NCBI GenBank assembly: GCA_023645945.1
Contig: JALAIB010000068.1
Location: forward strand, 1 to 36,271
Direction: 5' to 3'
Source: Diploschistes diacapsis
Lineage: Eukaryota
Length of the DNA: 36,271 nt
Shown here: positions 1-13,128 of the stretch, one piece after another
Position numbering within the stretch: position 1 is the first letter of the stretch
How the letters are laid out: each line of letters starts with the position of its first letter
Made by a program: the position numbers and the translations under genes
Notes under the pieces: generated by a model
What the model saw: the letters and a program-made list of their open reading frames with translations, nothing else
The model's database searches: none
What the model was told of the DNA's origin: nothing

Positions 1-2113
1 ATATTATTACGTGATATAAATATTAAATAATTTAAAAAAATGTATATATAAATTTATATAGGACCTAACTTAGCGTGTATATAGATTAATTATCAGCCTT
101 ACGAGGTTTGTATGAACGGGGTAGGGAGCAGGTGGTGCTCCCGAATCGCCCTGCTTTTAAGCGAGCCTTAAAATTAGAGACTGGCTTAATATTTCTGGTA
201 ATACTTTCTTTCTCATCTTCGATAACGTTGAGAGGATTGATATTTTCCTTCAAGTGTGGCCTTCCAGCAATAAAGGATTGATCCTTATTATAACAACATC
301 TCCTGCAGCGGTAGCAAAGCGTTTAAACTGTGTTATGCATCTTGACCCATTCGCTGCCGACCTCGGCCCCGATGCTTTGTATGCACTTACAGGCTTTGAG
401 GCTTATAATGAGGACGATAAGACCGCCGCCGCCGAGATATGTTATCTTTTCGGTAGGCTCCTACTCGTTATGGTATAAGTGAGCGACTTCACTCGCGATC
501 GAGCTAGCTCATATACGGAATTTGTCGCCTTGTATCGAAAATCTTTAGCCAAGATCCTAGCAAGAGGGGAGGTTCCCCTAGAGTACAACTATATACTGAG
601 TACTGTTTGGGAATTGTCCTTGCATAATCTATTTACGGATGCGAGCACTTTGTAAAAGCTAGTAACATTTTTTGACCCTGATACAATTGAAGAACGCTTC
701 TTGACAACTTCCGCTGCTGGACTTTCTGATGAGAGACTAGAGTTTTTGGATGATGAATTCGAGTAAATACTTCTTTTATCTTCAATTTCTTTTTTAATAT
801 CGCTTTAGTTTCGGTGAGGCTGTCACCGCCTTAGTCCGATCGTCACTAATTAAGTACTTGTCCAATTCAAGGAGCCAGGGTCGAAGACGTTCTCCGTTTA
901 CCGTCTTGTGCAGTCTGCAGTCTTCACTCGGCTCAAGAAGAGTCACGTAGTATTCTTTCACCAATGTGCAGTTGTTTTTCTCTCAATGGCCTTCCCCAAT
1001 ACCTGGAACACGTCTAAATCACAGCAAGGACACAGCTGGAGATCGTGGGAAATATGCAGCAAGGTGCTGCCACATGTGAGTTGGTTGATTGACCTATCCA
1101 AGAAACACCAAATCAAACCTACCGATCCTTGGCCATTTGCAGAGCTCATCTTCCGTACTGGGACGTAAGTAGCGCAGACCTTAAAGTCGTTGCAAGCAAG
1201 GCACTGACACAGCCGCAGATATCTTTGGGAGCGTGAGCAGCCGACCATGGCTCTCAGGTTTTTCGATTATGGTCTTTCTCTCCAAGTTGACCGCACAAGT
1301 ATGGCTTGCAATCAGGCTGTCCGACTTCTGGGCCATATCGCTCTTGACATGGCACAGCCCGTCAGAGCATTGCAGTTATACACTGAGTGCCTAGAATACC
1401 GTCGGAAGCTCGTGGATTCCTCTAACCAGAGCATTGCAAACATTCTTGACTCAATTGCTTGTGCGCAAGTTGAGCTCAATGACACACCAAAGGCGTTCGA
1501 GGCTCTGGAGGAGGCATCGCAGATCCATCACAAGAACGATCCTAAACGGATGAGCCGGACTCTGTTTATCTACTCCATGGCATATCTGAGGGCAGGTGAG
1601 CCGGCAGAATCACTGGAAGCCCTTAAAAAATGCTGGGAACTTCAAGGGCTTACTCAGGAAGAGGTTGAAAAGTCACAGTATCCTAAGCACAGCGGCGACA
1701 TCGTTCTGTTATCACGAATCGAGGCAGCGAAGGGCAATAAAGAGCTATCACTGCAATTGGTATCAAAGACTGTAACAATTCGAAAAGACATCCTTGGCAA
1801 TAAGGGACCCAGGGTGGCTGACTCCATATACATCATGTCGGAGATGCTGAGGGACCAAGACAGGGAGGCGGTGGCAGCTAAGATCCTCAGAGAAATCATC
1901 GACATGGGGTAAGGGATGCCAGAGATGAGACCCTATGTTACAAGGGCGTTTTGGACTCTTGGAAGAATCGCCGAAGGATATAGTAATATGCAGGAAACAG
2001 AGAAACTGAAGGACAGTACGAGATAGGTCAAGAGCGAAATCGAGGCCAGGGAAAGCCATGACGAAGACAGTGATTCTGGGTTTGCCTGCTTAGTTCCGTG
2101 GTTGCTAATTTGA
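1..2113 (+). pseudogene. NB-ARC + TPR fungal NLR-like gene, RIP-damaged, 5' part outside window
   Basis: Manual translation from ~182 gives WLNISGNTFFLIFDNVERIDIFLQVWPSSNKGLILIITT (Walker B / RNBS-B-like segment of NB-ARC). ORF 1247-1912 has TPR-like helices (ALQLYTECLEYRRKLV..IANILDSIA). The frame continues past TAA 1910-1912 and a further TAG to TGA 2111-2113. Introns ~763-808 and ~1166-1218. Stops are consistent with CAA>TAA and CAG>TAG. Confidence 0.8.
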
Positions 2114-2329
2114 AGGAACCTAAATAAATAGGTGAAGCACTCGCGGATATATTTCATATGGTTGAGCTAGCATTGCCTTTTCTATCCACACCCTTCGTCT
2201 AGCGCTTTCTGGTAGGCGGACCTGGGTAGGCGGACCTGGGTATGTTCTATAGGGGCGTTCCCCAGCCTTCAACGGAGCAGAAAAAAGTTCATCACCTAGA
2301 GCCGCCTACCCAGGTCCGCCTACCCAGGT

Positions 2330-2353
2330 TGATTGATTGATTGATTGATTGAT
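2330..2353 (+). repeat. (GATT)n microsatellite
   Basis: tgattgattgattgattgattgat directly inside the left TIR. Confidence 0.9.
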
Positions 2354-2820
2354 ACACTGTCCCAGCCTTTTGAGCTATGCAGAAGTTCTATGTATCTGTT
2401 CCTTCTGTGGCTACTTGATAGAAACCAACATCTATCTTGTCTACTGTGATCTACTCTGACCAATATGTCCTGTTTGTGTCCGCTTCTCAGTTCCGTATAG
2501 GTTGTGATCATGTGCTTGCTGGGGATATATTGGGCACCGATGTGGCCTTAAGTTTTAGTTCCAACATATTATAGTTCTGCGTTTGTTGTTCTGATGGTGG
2601 TTTAGATTTGCTATTGTATATGTCTATTATTTGTCAGGTCAATAGATTTTGATATCACTCGGGAGCAACAATAACATGTTGTAATATATAAAGTATCAGG
2701 AGATCCGTTCCGAGCTATAGGTGGCATTGGTAGTAATAGCGTGATTCGATATGGTGGTTTCCTGAAGTATATGTTCTTTTCTGTCTGGTGTGATTGTTCC
2801 ATGTAGACCATCTCTTTTCC

Positions 2821-3340
2821 TTAAACTCCGCCTCTTCGCAATATACTTTTTAATCTCCGATGCCGTAAACTGCGGGTCGGGCAGGAAGACGGAGTGCCGA
2901 AGTCCATCTTCCGTCCATGGGCGTACATGGAAGAGGCGCTATCCTCATCCCGCGTACTAGGACTGTAATATTGGATGTTTCGTGAGGCTCGAAGGGTGAT
3001 TTTCGACGTATCGACGCGTCGTTGATGGAGGAGATGGATATAATTAAAGATCTATTCTGCGCTATAGGTGGTGAGAAGTGTTTTGTGCTGTAAATAATGA
3101 GAAGTGTTCTGTGCTGGTTATATGTCTCATATTAACTCCGCCTCTTCGTCGCGTATTCTTCACACTCTGACACCATAAACTGCGGTCCGGCAGGAAAACG
3201 AAGGACTTGAGTCCGTTCTTCATCGTGGGCGTACATGGAAGGAGCGCCACTCCGTTCCCGCGTACTGGGGCTGTGATGTTGGGTGTTTCGTGAGGTGAAG
3301 AGGGTGATTTTCGGCACGCTGACGCGTTGTTGATAGAGGT
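2821..3340 (+). repeat. Diverged ~210 bp direct repeat pair (~2821-3030 and ~3132-3340)
   Basis: Shared blocks in the same order: aactccgcctcttcg, taaactgcgg, ggcaggaa, tgggcgtacatggaag, cccgcgtact, gtttcgtgagg, agggtgattttcg, gacgcgt.gttgat. Confidence 0.85.
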
Positions 3341-4149
3341 TGATCGCGTGCTTAAAGATGTGTTCCCAACTGTTGGTGTTGACGCGTTTTTGATCTTTTC
3401 TCGGCGCGTCCTACTGCTGGCACAGGTGTGAGGTAGTCGTCGAAGTCGTCGAATATAGCGCAATAAGGCACCAGGGGACCTAGGTAGGCGGACCTAGGTA
3501 GACGGACCCAGGTAAGTGAACTTTCCGGCCCGGCTAGGGAGCACCTATGGAACGTACCCAGGTTCGCCTACCCAGGTCTGCACACCAACGTACGCTTTCC
3601 AAATGGACGCCTTCCAAGAGGCACATCTTATATTTCGCTAACCACGTGCCTCTAGAGCACATATTAGTCCTTTTACACCATATTCGCTTACCTATATTCC
3701 TCTTTCCCCGGGCCTCGATCTAAGTACTGATAAACGTACTAAGGCTGCTACTGAAGGTGGGATGAGCCCGCTGGACCGCTACATTAAGATACGACAGAAG
3801 CGTTACATAATCGAGATGGCTAATCGGAACGTCGACACCGACGTCTAATCGGCCGAAACATCGACAATGAGGTTGATTTACCAGGATCTGTGGCTATAGA
3901 ATGGAATAGAGGCTTTGAGAACACTGCTCATGTTTGAAGCGGGAATGCCTAGGTTCTACTGATCTCAGCCAAAAAACGCGGCGACATAGTCCAGCAAGGC
4001 AGAAATCAGCCGGCTAGTTTAAGCTGTGGCACTAAGCTGGGCGATTGTGTATATTCAGACACGAATGCACATTTCGAGTGGCTGGTGTACTGATTTTGTC
4101 TGTGCGGCTCATCCAAACACTCAAAACTGAACCATCCCCCATCCTATCT

Positions 4150-4661
4150 ACGCCCGACAGCTTTCAAGGTCCTTTGGGTCCCACTCCGACGTCCCATCTA
4201 CCGACGATTTTGCGCCTGGCCTCGACGAGGTCGGCTCGTCAAAGAGGCCACCTTTCTCACCCAAACTGCTAACTTCCTTGTCGTCCGTAGTCTCCCTTCG
4301 AAAATCTTCCGGAGTTATCACAACAGGAATTGGATAGTAAGTATCCTACAATATACTTAGTTAGGATATGGGATATAGAGGGTAAAAGCTCACCATATCT
4401 TTTTGATGAGGAGGCTAACTGGAAACGAAATAACTCGAATATACCGTACACTTCCTCTTCCGGCGAACAAACAACGATATATAGATCTGCGTCATATAAT
4501 TCAACAATCTCATTGCATTTTCTAAGGAGACTGCGTTTGCGTTTTTCGAAATTCTCGTTCGCTCTTCGCCCACCACTCTTTTTTTTTATGCTGCCTTCTC
4601 TTTTATCTCGCTTTTCAAAAGCCTGCAAGGTCGCATGAGCTGCGGATACTGAAGACATCAT
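4150..4661 (-). pseudogene. Small MADS-box (SRF-type) transcription-factor-like gene, frameshifted
   Basis: RRANENFEKRKRSLLRKCNEIVELYDADLYIVV resembles a MADS domain. After a frameshift at ~4470 it reads RRKRKCTVYSS..*PPHQKDM (TAG where W is expected), then an intron (gtgagc..gtag), then DTYYPIPVVITPEDF. Confidence 0.7.
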
Positions 4662-5189
4662 CACTCGAGGGCGACCGTGGCGACGTAAGTTTAGGAGGTA
4701 TCTTTCGCATGGACGGCGGCGATCGTCCCGTAGGTATCAAGGATTTCATTTGTCGTGGCCCTGATATCCTCTCTTCGTAGGGGACCAGAAATAGGCCATT
4801 GACTTCTCTCATACGGGTCACCGATTTGGGAGGCAATGGCAAATCCGCAGCTTTGAATGAGGTGAATGAAATGTCGGGGCCCAAACCGGGGCCTTCGAGA
4901 GAAACATTCAGGTTCGACGGCGTAAGCCAGAGGCACAGATGATAGTAGAGCCAGATTGGGCCCTCTTCTAGGGATCGTTTTCGCTGCAAGGAGAACTTGA
5001 CCACAGTAATTCCATGGTGCATTCAGTGTCTTCCCGATGCCCCGGCGAAATTTGTTTTTCTACCTCATGAATGGTGGACTATCGGTCAACCATAGTGACA
5101 CTGGAGCAACTTGCCTTTTGCGCTCTGCGCGTTGCCGTAACTAGTTGATGCATGGGTTAACGCTATCTTTGTCACTGAGGGCATTTATT

Positions 5190-6038
5190 GTAAATGCTAC
5201 GACGTGCGGCGCAGATCATCACTGGGCCCTTTCGAACCACGGCGGGAGCTGCATTAGACGTCGAGGACACACTTGCTTCCAGTGATGCAACAGCTCGAAC
5301 AAACGGCTCTCGAGGCCACCATGTGGATCAGCTCCACAACACTCCACGCGGAAATGACGCTGTGCGGAAGCAACAACAAGGACCCGAGCCCTCTCGATCG
5401 ATTTTCAAAACATACTCGAAAGGAAGTACGACATCCAGCTCAACCAGTTAGAGAAACGCGCACCACACGTCGTACCTCCATGGTGGACCCCACTATTCAC
5501 CCACATCGCTGAGTCGCCAGAGATCGCACTCAAGGAACACGACGCTACCGATCCATCTACGCTATGCGTATACACTTTATGGAAGTGGCATCGACGGCCA
5601 CGTTGGGGCTGCGGTGGTAGCACCGATGCTGGCAATCCAGGGTATTCGAGCGAGGAGAATGGAATACATGGGCACATCAACCACCTCCACCGCGTACGCG
5701 GCAGAGCTGAGGGGGGATGGAGCTGGCATTCTAGATCGTACTCGACGTCCACGCAAAGACCAACGCCGCCGGGAGGTGCATGGTCTTCACTGACAATCAA
5801 GCCGCGATTCAAGCGATGGCCAAACCCAAATGCCCCTCTGGACAATATATCCTAGCTCAGGCGGTCCGAGCACTGGACGAGCTCCGTAACCAAGGATGGG
5901 AGGTTCAGCTGCGCTGGATTCCCACACATGTCGGAGTTCTTGGCAACGAAGCCGCCGACCGAGCAGCCAAAGAAGCCGCCTGACATCATGCCGATGCACA
6001 GACGCATGAAGGATCGCCGATGGAATCAGAATCACTCT
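5190..6038 (+). mobile_element. Non-LTR (LINE, Tad-like) retrotransposon fragment: RT C-terminal region and RNase H
   Basis: RRAAQIITGPFRTTAGAALDVE (post-RT block) and RNase H motifs [10 protein letters not shown] and [26 protein letters not shown]. Several frameshifts; truncated at both ends. Confidence 0.88.
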
Positions 6039-6039
6039 C

Positions 6040-7400
6040 TGCGCGTTTGCTGCGTTTCTGTTGCGAATGACCGTCTCGCGGTATGCATCCAGTGCCCCGT
6101 AGAGTGTTCGCAGGCGGGCATCAACATCGTTGTCGAGAATGTTCTTGATTGCTCGAGAAAGCGCTCGAATATCGTTTACATCCCGTAGAAGATGCTATGA
6201 AAGTCCTTCGATATGAAAAGATTAATCGTCCCGAGTTAATTATCGATAAAGGCTGTTTCAGAATACCCAAATACCAGGTCTGATTTCGGTTCAAATAAAG
6301 AAAATGGGTTCGTAAGGATGGAGGGCTTGAGCGGAATAGGGACAGAATTGAACCACGGCTGATCGGCATTCCGGGTCAATCTCTGGTCGGGAAGCTTTTT
6401 TATGGCTAAAATGATTTGGGGAGTCAACTATTGTACAAGCTCTTCCTCGGCTTCGTTCTGAAGCTTACGGGATACATCTTTCAGCTCTTTAATCATAATA
6501 TCATCCAATTCGGAAGAGGTCCGTAAGCGCGATATTATTTTTAGCGCCCTCCGTACCAATTTTAAAGGAGCTTTTTCGCGCTCGATGAAGATGTTGCGAT
6601 GGCGCAACGACTGACGATAATCTAAGTCACAAATACTTGTAGTTGATTTTTTAAACTTTCTAGACGTCGATATCGTGTCTTCGAAATTATTATCTAGAGA
6701 CGGAAGCACCGAAGTAGGTTTACGGGGTATATTGACTGATATTTCGGGAAGTCGGAATTCGTTCTCTATCGAAGCTCTGCGAGATTAAGTGAACTCTTTT
6801 AACTAATTCTCAATAAAATCTTCCTTATCAGGCCCAGTTCTTATCTTAGTGTGTTACGCTAGCTTATGTCTCCGACGTTTCGCGCGATGGTTTAGTTCGT
6901 CTTCGGTGTTTATATAAAGCCGCCGTTTAGTTAATTTTTTGAATTAATAATATGACTTATGGAAGTGCTGGCGACAACTGACTGTTCTTTTGTGTTCCTA
7001 GTAGGTCCGCTGGTGAAATCGTAGGGTTTATGTTTTTTTTTTACGACGATTAGATTGCTTCACTGCTGGTTTCTGTAATGGCCTCGACTGTCCTTCCCTT
7101 TTAGTTCGTTGTTGGTTCGCAGCTTGTTTCTGTTGCAATCGCGGGCTCTTGCGAAAGGTGTCAGAGCTTAGTCTCGGGGTTCGCTCGAGCTGCTTGCTGG
7201 CTGCAACGCAGTCAGTGACATGGTATCGAGGCAATGAAATATTGTGGGGAGCAAAGAACTGACCCCTCTCCTGGATTCTTCGGCTCTTTCGCAGGTGTTC
7301 AGAGGTTGTCTTCGTCCTCGTCTTCGTCTTGGGCAGAACGGTGCCGTTTTCCTGTGGTCCTTCAGTCAGGTTGATTTCTAAATGATGGAGGCATTTTCCT
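6040..7400 (-). pseudogene. PD-(D/E)XK-fold / DUF7924-like protein, RIP-damaged with internal deletion
   Basis: Basic low-complexity N-terminus (LRKSRRIQER, FRKSPRLQQK), then DYRQSLRHRNIFIE..., then PWFNSVPIP..EPKSDLVFGYSETAF (PKPD-GY-AF-type motif) with in-frame stops. At ~6195 it jumps to the C-terminal HLLRDVNDIRALSRAIKNILD..RLRTLYGALDAY. Family call is from memory of the motif. Confidence 0.55.
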
Positions 7401-8875
7401 ACGGCTGGAACGATCGGGCGTGACCTGCTGACGGCCAGGTCTGTCGTGACCCTTTCGCGCTCTGTCTGTGTCTCGCTTTGCAACACTCGCTGCCATATTG
7501 ACTGGCAATGAATGACATGGAGGATGAGCCCACTATTCATAGCTCGCGCATGAAACGGAAAGCTGAAGAAGCGGGGTCGCAGATAGAGCCTGGTTTTGGG
7601 TGTTGCGGAGAACCAACATGGCTTGGCGGAATTGGAACAGTCAATCATTGCTCTGCAATGGCAATGCAACAAGCCTCGTAGGGAATTTCTAATCCCTATT
7701 GACATATTATAACAGCTCATCCTACAGCATCTTTCCCTTCCCGGACTGGGAGAACAAGTGTGGCTGGCATGGGGCTGGTTTCATTCAACATGCTTTGGAC
7801 TAGCTTGAAAATGAACAGGGTGGCCCTCCAAGGGGGCAGTGCCAATCCCCTCTCGCACTTGGCTGCTTAGCCTCAGCCTCGACGGCAGTCTGGCTCTGGA
7901 TTGGAACTGCTGCCTGAGGCCAGCTTGCTGGACAAATGTGAGTGGGACATACGGGAAGCTAGAACGCTGGCCGCAAGGGTCATACTTGGGGCCCCCTCGG
8001 CGCGAGAGAGGGTGGAGGGCCTGATTTTGGTACCCTGCAGATCTGTGCAATAATGAAGAAGCGCCTGAACTGCTTCGAGCAAGACGCAGTAAGTGGCTCT
8101 TATCGATTATCGAGAGCCAACCATTTCGCAGGCAGCAATGCCGACGGGGAGACAGGAAGTGCCAAAGCCACATCCTTGGCTGGTGTTAGTACGGCGGAAG
8201 CCTGTACTGTCTGTTTGTACTTCAACCCATGAACGCTTCACCGGTTGAGGGGTGGGGTCATAGTTGTTACCTGTGCATCGACCGTCATGGCGATCACCCT
8301 TGAAAATCCGTTGGTAAGCTTAGTACCTAGGCAGAAAGTTGCATCTTGTTGGTTCCGGGTAGATACGTCGTCTTTCCACTTATGTACGCAAAGACCACTT
8401 CTCCCTCTTAAGGAAATGACAAAGTTGCGGGGAAGTTGAGAGGAGCTGCGCTTGATGTGGTGAGAGAGAGGCCGGACCTGGCGAAGGAGCTCATCAAGCT
8501 GCGGCTTACAGATCAAGCGGAGTTTGACAAGATATTCAAGACTGCGGTGAAGGCCCTTTCCGCAACGAGGAAAAGACTGGCAATCGAAACTGGCAACACG
8601 CACCAAAGACATGGAAGTGTTAGCACTTGGATCAGCAGCAAGGAAATACACGGTTATCAAGCCTTTGATGGACCAGGCGGCTTCGATTCATACGGTGGCA
8701 CCTGTCGTTGGCTGCCGAGAGATCGTAGGCGCTTCGACAAAGACTCGCTCCCACCTCCGCGGACAATGCAGGCACACAGAGAGCATCAAAAGCCCGTTAC
8801 CCTTCATCTACCATCAAACCCCTATAAGGATAGTGATTCAACATGTTCAATGGAGCTACCTTGTCACGAGGAATA

Positions 8876-10278
<1,403 letters not shown>

Positions 10279-11285
10279 TCACGACAAAGGCAGCACGAGG
10301 CGACGGTGTAAAGTCACGTGATAATAGGTTGTGTTTGATGCAGCCCCTTAGGGATAGGCCAGCGCGTAATGCATCATGTCGATTGCAAGCGCTGACCAAA
10401 GAAAACCCTTGCTGCAATGTCTCGAGTTCCGACAATCAAGTTCCTATAAAGAATTAAAAACGCGACTAAGAGAAATATCGTCTACTAAGTCATAAAGGAA
10501 GTCTGGAATACACCTGATTGCTCTTATTTCGAATGTCACTGTTAAGTACGTCGTGCTTAGGGTGACGCTGAGTGCTGCTTATTATTAGATATAGGAATCC
10601 TAATCACACCAGTCATGTTGACCCTGTTAAGCACGCCACGGTCCGTATGGCGATAGTAGCCCAGGTAGTTCGAGGCGCGGGCCAGACTGTGTATATTTAT
10701 TACGATGAGCGGGCGGGTGTATACACGGGATATAAGTTTTATTCTGAGCGATTAAACAAGCCGGATGATTTTCTATAAGCTTGAGTGCGTCTTTGATGGG
10801 CGGTTTGATAAAGACGGTTGTTCATTATACTTTTTTCGAGGGGTAAGGAAGGTTAAAATCTGGGCTGCGTTCTTGGTTGTGCTCTTCCGGTTTGTAAGTA
10901 GATATCTCACTTCGGTCTCTTCCCAGCCGAGACGAAATAGGATAAGACTTGATCGGGATATAAGGATAAAAGGCTTAGAAGTGCGTGGCCGTTTCGTCAT
11001 TTTAATGATCATGAAGATGAACAGCGTTGAAAAAGAATACGTCTCCGATGTGCGAAGGATTGTGACGTTAGTAGAGGCAATCTTATCGATATGGGTTAGG
11101 GTATTCTAATCCTTATGTCGTCATCTTTAAAAGATGTGTCTATTGGATCCGTAAATTCTGGATTACAGAGCATGGTCATCCTATAATTCTTTAATGGCAG
11201 ATATTTAGTTGCCCAACAACTTGGTGATCGGGAGATATGTTTACTGAGGAAGGAGTTTCGGGTATTGTTTAATATGGGTGATACG

Positions 11286-11620
11286 TTAATTGGCGTCCCG
11301 TGCCTCCCTTGCCTCCTTTGCCTTCCACATCTCCTTCGTTGCGCGGCGAGGCCGTTTGCGAGGAGCGCCATCGTCCGGAGGAACAGTAGGTTGGATAGAT
11401 GATAGAGCTCGTTTTCGGCTAGCTGTTCCTCGAGTGATAGCATTAGGCTTAGATCGGATAGCCTCTTCCGCGGTCATGGGAGGCGGCGGCGGACGTCGTG
11501 TAAGTGCATTGGCACTTTCTGTGATCCCGCGTGTCAGAACTAGGATGAGGCTCAACAGCACCGAGATAGATACTCACCCAAGTGGCAGTCGCTAGCCAAT
11601 GTGGAAACATACTGGGACTT
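11286..11620 (-). repeat. Diverged duplicate of 13290-13610 (hydrophobic stretch + basic RKRPRRATKE module)
   Basis: Colinear DNA similarity; translations RKRPRRATKEMWKAKEAREA and PKRPRRATKETRKAREAREA. Confidence 0.8.
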
Positions 11621-11642
11621 AACATACCCAACATTCTTATTG

Positions 11643-11727
11643 GGACAGCTTTGGCTGGGGACAGGCTGTGGCTGGGCACAGGTTGTGGCTGAGGACAGGC
11701 TGTGCGAGGACAGGTTCTGCTGAGGAG
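11643..11727 (+). repeat. Minisatellite, ~5 imperfect copies of ~16 bp GGACAGGCTGTGGCTG
   Basis: ggacagctttggctg-gggacaggctgtggctg-ggcacaggttgtggctg-aggacaggctgtgcg-aggacaggttctgctg. Confidence 0.75.
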
Positions 11728-11868
11728 ACGCCTGCAGCTTCAAGGCATGGTCTCGAGTGGAAGCCCATTCAAGAGCTTCAGCGGAGGATCCATCTTAGGA
11801 CCCCTACAGAGAGATATTTAAAAGAGGATGAACCTCTAGGCAGATTCATGTACAGTGTCGACACCAAT

Positions 11869-12610
11869 ATGCGACGGGCTCGACTTCTGGGGAAAGAACG
11901 CAGCATCGTAACGGAAAAAGCTCTCAAGTGCAAGGGCATGGTCAGTGTCCGACTTGAGGTGCTGTCGTTTCCAGAGATTGTGGAGAGGCTGAAGAAAGCA
12001 TGTCAGGATGAAGGTTGTTGGCGGCTGCCGTTGCCGAATCACATTCCAGTTCAAATCGATAAGCAGAGTCTCGATGCCGCCCTCCGACGTTCACAGCGCT
12101 CGAGCAATGAACTCTTTGTGGGCCCTCGAGACGAATATTCCGAGCTCTAGTTTCCACCGGGTTACCAGCTCATGTGCCTTGATGGACAGTGCCGCGCTCT
12201 TGCTGCCGCAAAGGTTCTTCCTGTCGCGGACCGGAGGCGGATCGTAGATTTATATGCTGCAGGTATGAGACGCTTACTCTCGTATAGCGAGACATTACAT
12301 TGATATATGGTTGTTAGACCTCACAGAAGAGCTCAGGACGATTCTGGTGGAGGAACACTCGAATGAAGACCGTCCGCATCCTGGAGAGATCTACCGAAAA
12401 CTCCGGGCTCAATCACCTCCAAAGGGACTTGCGAATCGACAATTGGTGGTTTGAAAAACGGTGCTGGGCACGATTGTCACCTCATGGGACGCCGCAATGT
12501 CAAGCAGCTCCTGCGCCACCGTGAAATAACCGCGGCCTGTGATGCCCTGCTGGACGTTGTCGGACTTTAAATCGGACTGGCACCACTGAATTGCCTTAGC
12601 AAATCGCTGT
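11869..12610 (+). pseudogene. N-terminal part of a DUF3723-family protein (Starship-associated accessory gene)
   Basis: KCKGMVSVRLEVLSFP..VERLKK..EGCWRL..NHIPVQID..LDAAL..EL*FPPGYQLMCLDGQCRALAA..IVDLY, intron ~12263-12317, DLTEELRTILVEEHSNE..PGEIYRKLR, ..EKRCWARLS.. These match the conserved N-terminal blocks of DUF3723 proteins as recalled. Stop at 12148-12150, frameshifts, 3' truncated. Confidence 0.8.
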
Positions 12611-13128
12611 CCCCGATAACTCGGCACTGCGAGAATCTATCGTCGATCCCACCACCCAAGTTTTGGAACCGATTGGCTCGACGACTAAAGTTTCGAAAGA
12701 TCGACAACCTCTTCCGCCCATAAGGCGTCGAGCCCGACAATACCTCCGACTGGACCACACGAGAGTTCTGGAGGCTGGAGGCTGAGTCCGAGCCCGGGCA
12801 GCCGTTGCCGTTGGAGACGGACGATTGGGTTACCACCAGTCAATCAGAGCGTGTGGATGTGACCAAAGAAACCCCTTCGAAAGAGACGTGAGCGTGCACA
12901 TTGGTACCGAAGGGGCACAACGTCTTGACGCTGGCTCAGTCACAATATCCCTGTCACGTTCTACACACGGCTTCCGAATGAGGACAGAACTAGCAAGTCC
13001 TTATTTCTTCTGGGTCTGCCGCATTGAACCCGCAGTCCTCCTCTGCAGCTCCTTTCGGCCATACCTCTTCCCGAACAGTTGCTCGCATCGCTGCCGCAGC
13101 TCTCCACCAGCAAGGCTGTCCATGGCAA

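Larger units (their letters stand above)
2205..3592. mobile_element. Non-autonomous TIR element (~1.4 kb) with ~125 bp degenerate terminal inverted repeats
   Basis: ~2205-2330 is the degenerate reverse complement of ~3474-3592. Both arms are built from a 15-bp unit GGTAGGCGGACCTGG in both orientations. No transposase recognised inside. Confidence 0.65.

Noticed and set aside
2211..2330. Short repeats that could be taken for a CRISPR array
   Set aside because: Eukaryotic context, no unique spacers or cas genes; they are TIR subrepeats.
3700..4100. NRNVDTDV*SA resembling a DUF3435 captain segment
   Set aside because: No other tyrosine-recombinase motifs nearby; probably chance.
7500..8870. 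Possible F-box-like pseudogene (LIPIDIL*QLILQHL) and the helical ORF 8436-8939
   Set aside because: The motif is too short, with many stops and no coherent model.
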